Assembly: GCA_039794085.1 (NCBI GenBank)
Contig: JBDIWC010000017.1
Span: forward strand, 10,586 to 74,585
Source: Gemmatimonadales bacterium
GTDB lineage: Bacteria; Gemmatimonadota; Gemmatimonadetes; Gemmatimonadales; GWC2-71-9
Direction of reading: 5' to 3'
Length of the DNA stretch: 64,000 nt
In this document: positions 39,219 through 50,524 of the stretch, piece by piece
Numbering within the stretch: the stretch's first letter is position 1
Layout: each line of letters opens with the position of its first letter
Translations under genes and position numbers: made by a program
Notes under the pieces: generated by a model
What the model saw: the letters and a program-made list of their open reading frames with translations, nothing else
What the model was told of the DNA's origin: nothing
The model's database searches: none

Positions 39219-39647
39219 ATGACACGAACACGGGTGTTTCTGGTCGCCATGGTGTTGGGGGGCGGAGGATCGGCCGCGGCGCAGGCCGATTCCGATTCCG
39301 TGGCTCCCGCTCCCGCCGTCGCCGCGCTCTACACCTCGGATCAGGCGCGGCGAGGACAGAAAACCTACGAGAAGAATTGCGTGAGCTGCCACAACGCTTC
39401 GGCCTACACGGGGGCGGTTTTCCGCCGGGTCTGGGGGGGACGCAGCGCCTTCGAGATCTGGGAACAGATTCGTACCACCATGCCCCAGGATGCGCCGGGT
39501 CGTCTCAAGCCGGGTGAGTACGCCGATATCGTGGCCTATCTGCTGCGGCTCAACCGTTATCCCGCCGGCGAGGAGGAACTGCCCGCGGACCCCGATCGAC
39601 TGCGTGAGTTGATGATTGCCCCCTCCCCGCGCCCCAGGAGTCCGTGA
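39219..39647 (+). CDS. Monoheme c-type cytochrome
   Basis: Signal peptide; YT.DQA.RG...Y..NCVSCH; TTMPQDAPG axial Met. Confidence 0.9.
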   Translation: MTRTRVFLVAMVLGGGGSAAAQADSDSVAPAPAVAALYTSDQARRGQKTYEKNCVSCHNASAYTGAVFRRVWGGRSAFEIWEQIRTTMPQDAPGRLKPGEYADIVAYLLRLNRYPAGEEELPADPDRLRELMIAPSPRPRSP

Positions 39648-40963
39648 TGGATCGCCGCACCTTCGTGACGCTCTCCGCGGCCGAGCTCGCTGCTCTTGCC
39701 GCGTCCGGATGCGCGAGCCCTCGGCGTGCACCGCTGGTCTTCCCCCCTCCCGATCCCGCGCCCCCTCCCTCCGGGAAGATGGACCGGTTCGACGTCGCCG
39801 TCATCGGGGCGGGTGCCTTCGGGGGGTGGACGGCCCTGCACCTGCGGCAGCAGGGAGCCCGCGTGGTGCTGGTGGACCAGTACGGACCGGGCAACTCGCG
39901 ATCGACGTCGGGAGACGAAACGCGGGGGGTCCGCTCCTCCTACGGGGACCGGCCCCACGGCCGGCAGTGGATGCGGTGGGCGCGACATGCCATGCTTCGG
40001 TGGCGGGCATTCGATGAGGAGTGGAAGGACACCATCGGCGGTCAGCTCTTCTTCACTACAGGAGACCTGATCTTCCGCGATGAGCCGGTGGAATTCACCA
40101 CCCGCACCCTCGAGTGGTGGAAGGCGGAAGGGGTCCCCCACGAGGTGATGGATGTCGAGGAGGTGCGTCGCCGGTGGCCCGTCATCAACCTGGAGGGGAT
40201 CACCCAGGTGCTCCATGAGCCGGATGCCGGAGTGGTGAGGGCTCGCCGGGCCTGTGAGGCCGTGGGGGTGGTCTTCCGCAAGCTGGGAGGGGAGATTCGC
40301 ATCGGCCACGCCCGGATGGCCGAGCGGGAGGGCCGGGTGCTGCACACCATCGGCCTGGCCAATGGCGACCGGATCGCGGCCGACACCTTCTGCTTCGCCT
40401 GTGGCCCCTGGCTTCCCAAGATCTTTCCGGCAGTCCTCGGCCCGCTCATGAACCTGCCCGTGGGCCACGTCTGCTACTTCACCACGCCGCCGGGCGATGA
40501 CCGATTCACGGTGCCGCACCTGCCGAGTTGGAACTTTCCTGGCGTCACCGGGTGGCCGGCGCTGATTCCGGACAACCGGGGATTCCGGGTGCGCACCAGC
40601 GGGGAGCGGGCCTTCGACCCCGACCTGAGCCCCCGGTTCGTTCCGGCGGCGAGCATTGCCCGCAACCGGGCGGTTCTCCAGGCGCGATTCCCGCTGCTCG
40701 CGACCGCGCCGATCACGGAGACCCGGGCCTGCCACTACGAATCGAGTGCGACCCGCAATTTCCTCATCGATCATCACCCCGATTTCGACAATGTGCTGAT
40801 CGCGGGCGGGGGCTCGGCCGAGGGGTTCAAGTTCGGCCCGGTGGTTGGAGACTATGTCGCCGGCCGGGTGCTGGGGAGGGAGGGGGATCCGGACCTCGCC
40901 GAGTCTTTCAGCATCCCGGTGGAGGAGCCCGAGCCGGATGACGATGGGATGTCCTATGAATAG
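39644..40963 (+). CDS. FAD-dependent amine/amino-acid oxidase (monomeric sarcosine oxidase/DAO family), Tat lipoprotein
   Basis: DRRTFV Tat motif, ASGC lipobox, GAGAFG, STSGDETR, ACHYE, GFKFGPVVG. Confidence 0.87.
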   Translation: MMDRRTFVTLSAAELAALAASGCASPRRAPLVFPPPDPAPPPSGKMDRFDVAVIGAGAFGGWTALHLRQQGARVVLVDQYGPGNSRSTSGDETRGVRSSYGDRPHGRQWMRWARHAMLRWRAFDEEWKDTIGGQLFFTTGDLIFRDEPVEFTTRTLEWWKAEGVPHEVMDVEEVRRRWPVINLEGITQVLHEPDAGVVRARRACEAVGVVFRKLGGEIRIGHARMAEREGRVLHTIGLANGDRIAADTFCFACGPWLPKIFPAVLGPLMNLPVGHVCYFTTPPGDDRFTVPHLPSWNFPGVTGWPALIPDNRGFRVRTSGERAFDPDLSPRFVPAASIARNRAVLQARFPLLATAPITETRACHYESSATRNFLIDHHPDFDNVLIAGGGSAEGFKFGPVVGDYVAGRVLGREGDPDLAESFSIPVEEPEPDDDGMSYE

Positions 40964-41012
40964 GGGTTCGTCTTCTCAGAAAGCTTCTGTCCAATTGACG
41001 GACAGCCAATGG

Positions 41013-41323
41013 TCGTCATTTCCGCGCACGCGGGAATCCACTCTCGCCTCATCCGGGTTTCGTGTGGTGGGGGGAACTTCAACCAGCCATTTCTCGGAGA
41101 CTCTTCACGCCGTCTTGGGTTGGATGTCGGAGTGAGGTGAGGGGGGGTGAGTCGCTCCGGTGCTCGGTAGGCGGTCTTGTGCCTTTGTGCTTTTTGTGGT
41201 TGCCTTTTGGGGTGAGGAGAGGCGCTCCGGGCTGGGAACGTGGCCCCATGCCAAAGCCTGAAGGGGTCCGTTTTCACTCCCGAGATTCAGCAAGATGGAT
41301 CCCCGTTTTCGCGGGGATGACGA
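41013..41323. repeat. Inverted pair of GTCAT..GCGGGAATCCA-type palindromes enclosing dispersed element copy B (41049-41265)
   Basis: GTCATTTCCGCGCACGCGGGAATCCA (41015-40) and TGGATCCCCGTTTTCGCGGGGATGAC (41296-321). Confidence 0.8.
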
Positions 41324-41367
41324 TTGATCGGAGATTCCTTTTCACTCACCCACCGGAGTTGCGTCTC

Positions 41368-41823
41368 ATGCGATACTGTCCTCCTGCCGCGTTGCTGGCT
41401 GTTGGTGTTCTGGCCTGGGCCACCACTCCGCTCACCGCTCAGCGGGAGCGGGAGATTCTGCCTCAGCCCCCCGCGGCGGGCGCCACGCTCAGTCCGATCG
41501 TGAAGGTGGGCGACATGCTCTACCTGTCCGGGCAGTTGGGGACGGTTCGGGGACGGGGTCTCGTGGAGGGGGGCATCGGTCCGGAAACCCGTCAGGCACT
41601 GGAGAATATCAAGGCGCTGCTGGAGCAGGTGGGGAGTGCCATGGACCGGGTGGTCAAGTGCACCGTGTTTCTGGTGGACATCGGCGATTTCCGCCCGATG
41701 AACGAGGAGTACCGGACCTTCTTTCCCTCCGGGCCTCCGGCGCGGTCCACGGTAGCGGTCGCCGGCCTGGTGTTGAACGCCCGGGTGGAGATCGAGTGTC
41801 TGGCCCTGGCCGGCCGGTCGTAG
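41368..41823 (+). CDS. RidA/YjgF-family imine deaminase with N-terminal signal peptide
   Basis: LYLSGQ, VVKCTVFL, MNEEY..FF, PPARSTV (catalytic Arg), VEIEC; leader MRYCPPAALLAVGVLAWATTPLTAQ. Confidence 0.88.
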   Translation: MRYCPPAALLAVGVLAWATTPLTAQREREILPQPPAAGATLSPIVKVGDMLYLSGQLGTVRGRGLVEGGIGPETRQALENIKALLEQVGSAMDRVVKCTVFLVDIGDFRPMNEEYRTFFPSGPPARSTVAVAGLVLNARVEIECLALAGRS

Positions 41824-41851
41824 CGGCCCATCACGCCAGGGGCTGAAGAAA

Positions 41852-42295
41852 TCAGGCGGGCGGCTGCTTGGGGGGAAGGATCTCGATTCCGACCTCCGAA
41901 CACCACTCCCGGAGGGCGCGCTCCTCACACTCGGCCTCATGGGCGAACCATTGCTCCAGGAAACCCCGCGTTGCCAGGAGAGCCTTGAACCTTCGCCACC
42001 CCCCTCGGTGCCGGAGAAGGAAATCGACCTCATCGTACAGGTCAGGCAATTCACGGGCGACGAAGCGCAGGGCAAGGTCTCGGCCCAGGTCGAGGTCGTA
42101 CCGGTGGGGGATCTCCACATACCGGTCCGGATCGTCAAGATCCTCGGGGGTTTCCTCGTCGTCGAGGGGGTCGTCGTCGGACACCCAGTGGATCGCTCCG
42201 GTTTCCCGGTTGATAAAGGCCTGGTTCAGGAGAGGTGGACCCGCACTCACCCAGTCGAAGGCCACGGAGAGTTCCGTCCATGCAACGGTTGTCAT
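41852..42295 (-). CDS. UPF0158-family protein
   Basis: AFINRETG.I, RYVEIP...LDLGRDL, GGWRRFK, QWFAHE...ALREWC. Confidence 0.8.
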   Translation of the reverse strand: MTTVAWTELSVAFDWVSAGPPLLNQAFINRETGAIHWVSDDDPLDDEETPEDLDDPDRYVEIPHRYDLDLGRDLALRFVARELPDLYDEVDFLLRHRGGWRRFKALLATRGFLEQWFAHEAECEERALREWCSEVGIEILPPKQPPA

Positions 42296-42409
42296 GCCAC
42301 GCTCACGAGTAGAGTCCCTCGTCACGGCCCGCGCGGGCACGGACCCGTACCATGGTACGATCCGCGGTCCGCCGCCGCAAGGCTCACCCGCTCTCGCCTC
42401 CCCTGACCG

Positions 42410-44155
42410 TCATCGCCCGCATTGAGCCGACAGGTCCCGTTCCTCCATCGGCAGCACCCGGAGCCGGTCCGGGCGATTGCCCACGGTCGTCATGATCCCG
42501 TGGACGAAGCGGCCGACCCGGGCACCATGCTCGAAGTCGATGTACTGCACCTCGTCGGTGAGCTGGTGGTAATCGCGCGAGTAGCCCAGGGAGAAATAGG
42601 TCACCGGGATGTCCCGGGAAAAGAAGGAGACCTGGTCACTCCGGCAGAACCGGTTGAGCTTGTTGGTGCGATCCCACGAATAGTCGATCACCATCGGCTC
42701 GGAGCGCACCGCGTTCACCGAGTCGATGAGGTCCCCGAACTCGGCGGAGAGCCGGCGCGATCCGAGCATCTGTACCGCGGCCGGTCCCCCGAACTGGACG
42801 TCGGTGACGCGCCCCTTGCCCAGCATGTCCATGTTGTGGGCCGCCACGAGGGCATCCAGCGGCACGGTCGGATGCTCGACCCACCAGCGGGAGCCGAGGA
42901 GTCCCTTCTCCTCACCCGTCACCGACAGGATCAGGACTGAGCGCCGGGGCGCGGGACCGGTGGCAAACTTCTCCGCCACCTCCAGCAGGACCGCGGTGCC
43001 CGATCCGTCGTCGTCGGCGCCGTTGTAGATCGAATCGATCCTCGGGGGTCGGATGCTTCTCGCCTGCGCCACCAGGGCGTTGATCCGGGCCCACTGTTCC
43101 GCCGTCGGTGGCTCGGGCCGGTCGTTGGCCCCCTGGGGCCGCATCACGGTATTGAAGGCCCGGAGGGAATCGTGCTCCACGGCGCGGTCGGCCGGGACCA
43201 TGCCGACATGATCGCTATGGGCCGAGAGAACCACGTACTGGTTCGTGAGAACCGGATCGGATCCGGGAATGATCCCGATCACATTGCGACCGGGGTTCTG
43301 CGCCATGGTCCAGGCATATTCCCAGGCGCCGGTGACGGTTTCACCTGGGGTACCGATCGCCAGGGCCTCCAGGTCCCGGCCGCCGAAGAGCCGACGTGCC
43401 GCGGCGAGGCTGATCGAGGCACCGGGCACTCCGTCGGGCGGACCCTCGGGGGGCTTCATCGCGATGCGACGGATGAAGGCGCCGGCGACCTGCGCCGGAT
43501 TCACCTGATCGAGCCCGGCCACCAGCACGGCAGCCGCCCCCGCCTCCTCGGCGCGACGATCCCGCACGACGGCCGGGCGGCGGCCCGGCACCAGGGCCGG
43601 CGCCACAGCCGGGGCAAAGATGACCACCTTGCCCCTCACCTGGTCCGGTGACAGCCGAACGGTGTCACCCCAGACCCCACCATAGATCGTGGTGAGATTG
43701 CGGCCGGCGAAATTTCCGGTGATCCCGCCAGGGCCCGAGGGATTCATCGGGATCCAGTCTTCACCCGGTGCCAGTGTGGCACGGCCCACGGCGAGGCGGG
43801 ATGAGGCGATGTCGTAACCGGTGGGACCGAGCGGGAGATCCTGGAACCAGGTGCCGTTGTCGCCGCCCGGCAGGAGCCCCATCCGCTGGAATTCGGACGC
43901 GATGTACTCGGTGGCCTTGAAGTTGCCGAGCGTGCCCGCCTCGCGCCCCATCATCGAATCGTGGGCGAGGATGCCGAGCCGGGTGCGGAGATCGTCGGCG
44001 GTGATCTCCTTCTGCGTCGGCCGCGGAGTCCAGGGCCCTGATTCGTCGGGCCAGACGACCTGGGCGTGGAGAGGGACGGGGGAGGCGACAAGGACGAGGG
44101 CGAGGAGGGCGCGGGAGGTCACGTCGGCAAGTCCTGGGTGAGAGTCAGTGGGCAT
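42410..44155 (-). CDS. M28-family exported peptidase (alternative start GTG 44122)
   Basis: DSMMGREAG, SAHSDH, NGADDDGSG, GEEKGLLGS, NMDM, RSDQ, DYHQ..DE. Confidence 0.9.
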   Translation of the reverse strand: MPTDSHPGLADVTSRALLALVLVASPVPLHAQVVWPDESGPWTPRPTQKEITADDLRTRLGILAHDSMMGREAGTLGNFKATEYIASEFQRMGLLPGGDNGTWFQDLPLGPTGYDIASSRLAVGRATLAPGEDWIPMNPSGPGGITGNFAGRNLTTIYGGVWGDTVRLSPDQVRGKVVIFAPAVAPALVPGRRPAVVRDRRAEEAGAAAVLVAGLDQVNPAQVAGAFIRRIAMKPPEGPPDGVPGASISLAAARRLFGGRDLEALAIGTPGETVTGAWEYAWTMAQNPGRNVIGIIPGSDPVLTNQYVVLSAHSDHVGMVPADRAVEHDSLRAFNTVMRPQGANDRPEPPTAEQWARINALVAQARSIRPPRIDSIYNGADDDGSGTAVLLEVAEKFATGPAPRRSVLILSVTGEEKGLLGSRWWVEHPTVPLDALVAAHNMDMLGKGRVTDVQFGGPAAVQMLGSRRLSAEFGDLIDSVNAVRSEPMVIDYSWDRTNKLNRFCRSDQVSFFSRDIPVTYFSLGYSRDYHQLTDEVQYIDFEHGARVGRFVHGIMTTVGNRPDRLRVLPMEERDLSAQCGR

Positions 44156-44274
44156 GCATGCTCTACGGGTGGGGAGCGGGGATTGTTACCGATGGGACAG
44201 TAAGGCTCCCCGCCGAGCCTTGGTTGGGTTGGTTCCTGTAACATTCATAAATCACATGTATTTACATTAGATAC

Positions 44275-44303
44275 TTGACATGATCCAATATCAGGTTTAA
44301 TAT
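44275..44303 (+). promoter_or_regulatory. sigma70 promoter of furA-katG, probably leaderless
   Basis: TTGACA-N17-TAATAT ending 6 nt before ATG 44310; no SD. Confidence 0.7.
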
Positions 44304-44309
44304 TGTTGA

Positions 44310-46981
<2,672 letters not shown>

Positions 46982-47103
46982 GGGGGGAGCCCGGCATCAA
47001 CACATCACGTCCCCGGGAAGGGCCGTGTCGCCGAATGTCACCGCGCCGGTCTCCACGTCGGTTGGTTCCCGCCTCGCCATCCCCGGCGGGCTCGGCTTGG
47101 ACC

Positions 47104-47156
47104 GGTGTTTCCCGGGGCTGGGCTGACGCCCCTAATTGAGGTGGCTGGCGCCACCA
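47104..47156. repeat. Degenerate single arm of the 19467-19599 element
   Basis: GGTGTTTCCCGGGGCT..CTGACGCCCC...AGGTGGCTggCGCCACC matches the reverse complement of the right arm. Confidence 0.65.
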
Positions 47157-47435
47157 GGACCTGGGCCGACCCTGCACGCTGTACCGCGGGTGCCTGGCGA
47201 TTCGCTCCGCTGCCAAAAGCATCGGCACCGAGGGTTCTACGGCAGCACGGCTGACCACGTCCCGCGGAGCGTGCGGAGTTCAGACGGTCCGGCGAAAATG
47301 TTCACTGGCGGGTCACGGGCGACCTCGCCGAACATGCGAGGAGGGCTTTCCAGGTCTTACCAAGTCTGGTTCGTCACGTTGAGCCCGCCGCCTCGCGATC
47401 ACCCGGGGTTCCGAGTAGATTGGGCACAAGGCATT

Positions 47436-47545
47436 GGACGTAGGACGTAGGACGTAACCCGCCTACCGCCTACCGCCTATCGCCCAAACCCCAATACCCA
47501 ACACCCTACTCGCTACTCCCTACTCCCTACTCCCTACTCCCTACT
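47436..47545 (+). repeat. Composite heptamer array (GGACGTA)x3, (CCGCCTA)x3, degenerate units, (CCCTACT)x6
   Basis: 7-nt periodicity with changing unit, ending 7 nt before ribD. Confidence 0.9.
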
Positions 47546-47552
47546 CCCTCCC

Positions 47553-48638
47553 GTGTCTTCCCCCCTGACTCTCCCGCTTTCCCTCGCCCTCCGCGGCTGG
47601 GGACGGGTCCACCCCAATCCGGTGGTCGGTGCCGTCGTGATGCGGGGTGATGAGGTCATCGCCGAGGGGTGGCACGCGGAGTTCGGGGGGCCGCACGCGG
47701 AGCGAATGGCCCTCGATGCCGCGGGCGACGGGGCGCGGGGGGCCACCCTGGTGGTCACCCTCGAGCCGTGTGCCCATACGGGCAAGCAGCCTCCCTGCGT
47801 CGACCGGATACGGCAGGCCGGGATCGCGAGGGTGATCCTGGGGATCCGGGATCCGAACCCCGAGGCGGGTGGTGGTGTGGAACGGTTGCGGACCGCGGGC
47901 GTGGAGGTCGAGGTAGTGACCGGCGAGGATGGCGCAGCGGTCGAGGCGCAGCTCGCGCACTTCACCCATCGGTTCCGGAACGTGGAGAGACCGTTCGTCG
48001 CCCTCAAGCTCGCCACCTCCCTCGATTTCAAGATCGCGGATCGCGATCGCGTCTCCCGGTGGATCAGTGGTCCCGCGGCCCGGGAGTGGGTCCACTGGCT
48101 CCGGGCCGGGTTCGAGGCGATCGGCGTGGGTGGCGCCACGGTCGCGGCCGACGACCCCTCGCTCACGGTGCGCGGTCCGGTGGTGCCTCGGGTGGCACCG
48201 CAGCGGGTGATCTTTTCCCGGAGCGGACAGGTTGCCCCGGACTGTCGACTCCTTGCCACCGCTCGCGAGGTTCCCACCTGGGTGGTGACGGGACTGGAGC
48301 CACCCGCCGCTCTGGTTCATGCGCTGGAAGAGTCGGGTGGGCACCTCGTGGCGGCTGCTACCCTGGCCGACGGTCTCCGCCGGCTGCGGGAGCGGGGCAT
48401 CACGACGTTGCTGGTCGAGGGGGGCGGCCAGCTCGCCGGAGCGCTTCTGGCTGCCGATCTGGTGGACCGGTTCCACTGGATCCAGAGCCCGGTTTTTCTG
48501 GGAGACTCGGCCGTGCCCGCCCTCGCGGGTCTCCCGGACGTGCCGCTCGCCACCTCTCCGCGCTGGACGGTGACCGGACGACTCCCCCTCGGCGCCGACA
48601 CGCTCCTCACCCTGGACCGGGTGGTGACGGAGGGCTAG
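47553..48638 (+). CDS. ribD: Riboflavin biosynthesis deaminase/reductase
   Basis: PNPVVGAV, HAE, TLEPCAH.GKQPPC, LLVEGGG; N-terminus atypical. Confidence 0.93.
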   Translation: MSSPLTLPLSLALRGWGRVHPNPVVGAVVMRGDEVIAEGWHAEFGGPHAERMALDAAGDGARGATLVVTLEPCAHTGKQPPCVDRIRQAGIARVILGIRDPNPEAGGGVERLRTAGVEVEVVTGEDGAAVEAQLAHFTHRFRNVERPFVALKLATSLDFKIADRDRVSRWISGPAAREWVHWLRAGFEAIGVGGATVAADDPSLTVRGPVVPRVAPQRVIFSRSGQVAPDCRLLATAREVPTWVVTGLEPPAALVHALEESGGHLVAAATLADGLRRLRERGITTLLVEGGGQLAGALLAADLVDRFHWIQSPVFLGDSAVPALAGLPDVPLATSPRWTVTGRLPLGADTLLTLDRVVTEG

Positions 48639-48676
48639 GGAAGGTCACGCCCGGCCTCGGGAGTGCAGGGGGCTCC

Positions 48677-48717
48677 TTGCGGATCGCCAAATGGCATATT
48701 ATCTTTGGCCACGTGGC
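48677..48717 (+). promoter_or_regulatory. Promoter and paired operators of Xre-RES TA
   Basis: TTGCGG-N17-TATCTT; GCCA-aa-TGGC (48686-95) and GCCA-cg-TGGC (48708-17). Confidence 0.6.
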
Positions 48718-48737
48718 ACATCGCAGGAGGTTGCTTC

Positions 48738-49223
48738 ATGCCCGTCACCTCAGAACGGCCGACCGCCGATATCACCGAGTTCCTGGACCGACTTGGTTCG
48801 GGGCATCGCGAGGGGCACTACTATGCCGCCCTGATCGGATTCCGCAAGTATGATCCGGTCCATCTGGCGAGTCAGATCCAACGCGGGTTCTCCTATTCGG
48901 CGTTCGAGAGGCTTCTGCGCAACACCGCGCTCACGCCTCGAGCGCTGGCCCACTTCGTCGAGATTCCGGAGCGCACGCTTGCACGGCGAAAGGAGGCCGG
49001 GCGCCTCGAGCCCGACGAGTCGGACAGGCTGGCTCGTGCCTCACGCATCTTCGCGCGTGCGATCGAGCTCTTCGAAGGCAATGCCGAGGGAGCCCGGGAT
49101 TGGCTCACGCACCCACACCGTGCCCTGGGTGGCCGAACCCCGCTTGAGTTTGCGAAGACCGATGTCGGGGCGATCGAAGTGGAGAACGTCATCGGACGGC
49201 TGGAGCACGGAATCCCCGTCTAG
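48738..49223 (+). CDS. Xre/MbcA/ParS-family antitoxin (DUF2384)
   Basis: AGGAGG RBS; IPERTLARRK..GRL..DESDRL.R; ARDWL..P..ALGGRTPL; IGRLEHG. Confidence 0.9.
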   Translation: MPVTSERPTADITEFLDRLGSGHREGHYYAALIGFRKYDPVHLASQIQRGFSYSAFERLLRNTALTPRALAHFVEIPERTLARRKEAGRLEPDESDRLARASRIFARAIELFEGNAEGARDWLTHPHRALGGRTPLEFAKTDVGAIEVENVIGRLEHGIPV

Positions 49224-49226
49224 TCG

Positions 49227-49685
49227 ATGCGGGTCTGGCGTCTCGTGAAGCACAAGCATGCGTCGTCCGCGTTTGATGGCGAAGGCGCACGCCGCTACGG
49301 CGGGCGGTGGAACAGCGTGGGAACGCGGGCGGCCTATGCGTCCGACAGCGCGGCCTTGGCAGTCTTGGAGGTGCTTGTCCACCTTGAGGACGTTCGCGTC
49401 CTCCCCGCGTATTCTCTGGTCACCGCGGTGATTCCTGACGGACTGATCGAGGATCTTGATCGGGCTTCTTTGCCCAGGGATTGGGACGCGTTTCCCGTGG
49501 CCCCGCAGGTCCAGGCGATCGGTGACGCGTGGCGCAGGTCGGCTCGCGCGCTCGGCCTGCGCGTTCCCAGTGCTGTGGTCAACCCGGGGATCAACGTTCT
49601 GATCAACCCCGCACACGATGCCTTTGCAGAGATCGTCGTGGATCCGCCCACGCCCTTCCGCTTCGATACTCGTCTGCTCGGATAG
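49227..49685 (+). CDS. RES-domain toxin (NAD+-consuming family)
   Basis: VWR, GEGARRYGGRWNS.G, LAVLEVLVH, RVPSAV, NVLINP.H, FDTRL. Confidence 0.9.
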   Translation: MRVWRLVKHKHASSAFDGEGARRYGGRWNSVGTRAAYASDSAALAVLEVLVHLEDVRVLPAYSLVTAVIPDGLIEDLDRASLPRDWDAFPVAPQVQAIGDAWRRSARALGLRVPSAVVNPGINVLINPAHDAFAEIVVDPPTPFRFDTRLLG

Positions 49686-49718
49686 GCTCTCCCTCCGCAC
49701 CGAGTCCTCGCCACCACC

Positions 49719-49803
49719 TGCCCCATGCCCGTCCACGTACCCGTACCCGTACACGAGCAGGTTCTGATGTCCTCTGTCCTCTGTCCTCCGTCCTCCGTCC
49801 TCT
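49719..49803 (+). repeat. Hexamer (CCCGTA-like) run and heptamer array (GTCCTCY)x5
   Basis: tgcccatgcccgtccacgtacccgtacccgtacacg; gtcctct gtcctct gtcctcc gtcctcc gtcctct (49769-49803). Confidence 0.8.
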
Positions 49804-49864
49804 GTGAATCCCGGCCCCCGCCGGCCCCGCGCGGCGCCCGAACGACACCGATATATTCCCCGCC

Positions 49865-50473
49865 ATGTTCACCGGTCTCATCACCGCCGTGGGTGACATC
49901 CAGTCCCTCAATCCGGAGCCGGAAGGTCTCCGGCTCGCGATCACGTCTCCCTACAAGGGACTGGAACTCGGCGAGAGCATCGCGGTGGACGGGGCGTGTC
50001 TCACCGTCCGGGACAAGGGCCGGGGCTGGTTCGAAGTCCAGGTCGTGCGGACCTCCCTGGAACGGACCCTCTTCGGCGACTATCGCCCCGGGCGGCGGGT
50101 GAACCTCGAACGGGCCCTCCAGGTGGGGGATCGGCTCGGGGGGCATCTGGTCCAGGGGCACGTGGACGGGGTCGCCGAGGTCATCGATACCCGGGAACGG
50201 GAGGATGGGCGGCTCCTGACCCTTCGGCTCCCGGCGGCGGTGGCCCGGATCACCATCCCCCTGGGCTCGATCACCGTGGCGGGGGTGAGCCTCACGGCCC
50301 AGGCGATTCCCGAGCCGGGCAGCGCTCAGGTTTCCCTGATCCCGTTTACATTGGAGCGCACGACGCTCGGATCCCTGCAGCAGGGCGACCGGGTCCACGT
50401 GGAGGGCGACACCATCGGCAAGTACGTCGAGGCGCTGCTTCAGGCGCGCGGGGACGAGTCGGCAGGCATGTAG
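49865..50473 (+). CDS. ribE: Riboflavin synthase alpha chain
   Basis: MFTG start, SIAVDGACLTV, VNLERAL, GGHLVQGHVDG. Confidence 0.95.
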   Translation: MFTGLITAVGDIQSLNPEPEGLRLAITSPYKGLELGESIAVDGACLTVRDKGRGWFEVQVVRTSLERTLFGDYRPGRRVNLERALQVGDRLGGHLVQGHVDGVAEVIDTREREDGRLLTLRLPAAVARITIPLGSITVAGVSLTAQAIPEPGSAQVSLIPFTLERTTLGSLQQGDRVHVEGDTIGKYVEALLQARGDESAGM

Positions 50474-50524
50474 CATGGAGGGGTGCCCCTTGTGGGTGCC
50501 CCCGACCACCAAGGCACAGGACGA

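Noticed and set aside
44231..44270. dif/Xer site in AT-rich patch
   Set aside because: No XerD arm (TTATGTTAAAT-like); better explained as the furA promoter region.
46990..47550. FMN riboswitch upstream of ribD
   Set aside because: No recognisable AGGGC.GGGTGAAATTCCC.ACCG core; region consists of repeats and unassigned sequence.
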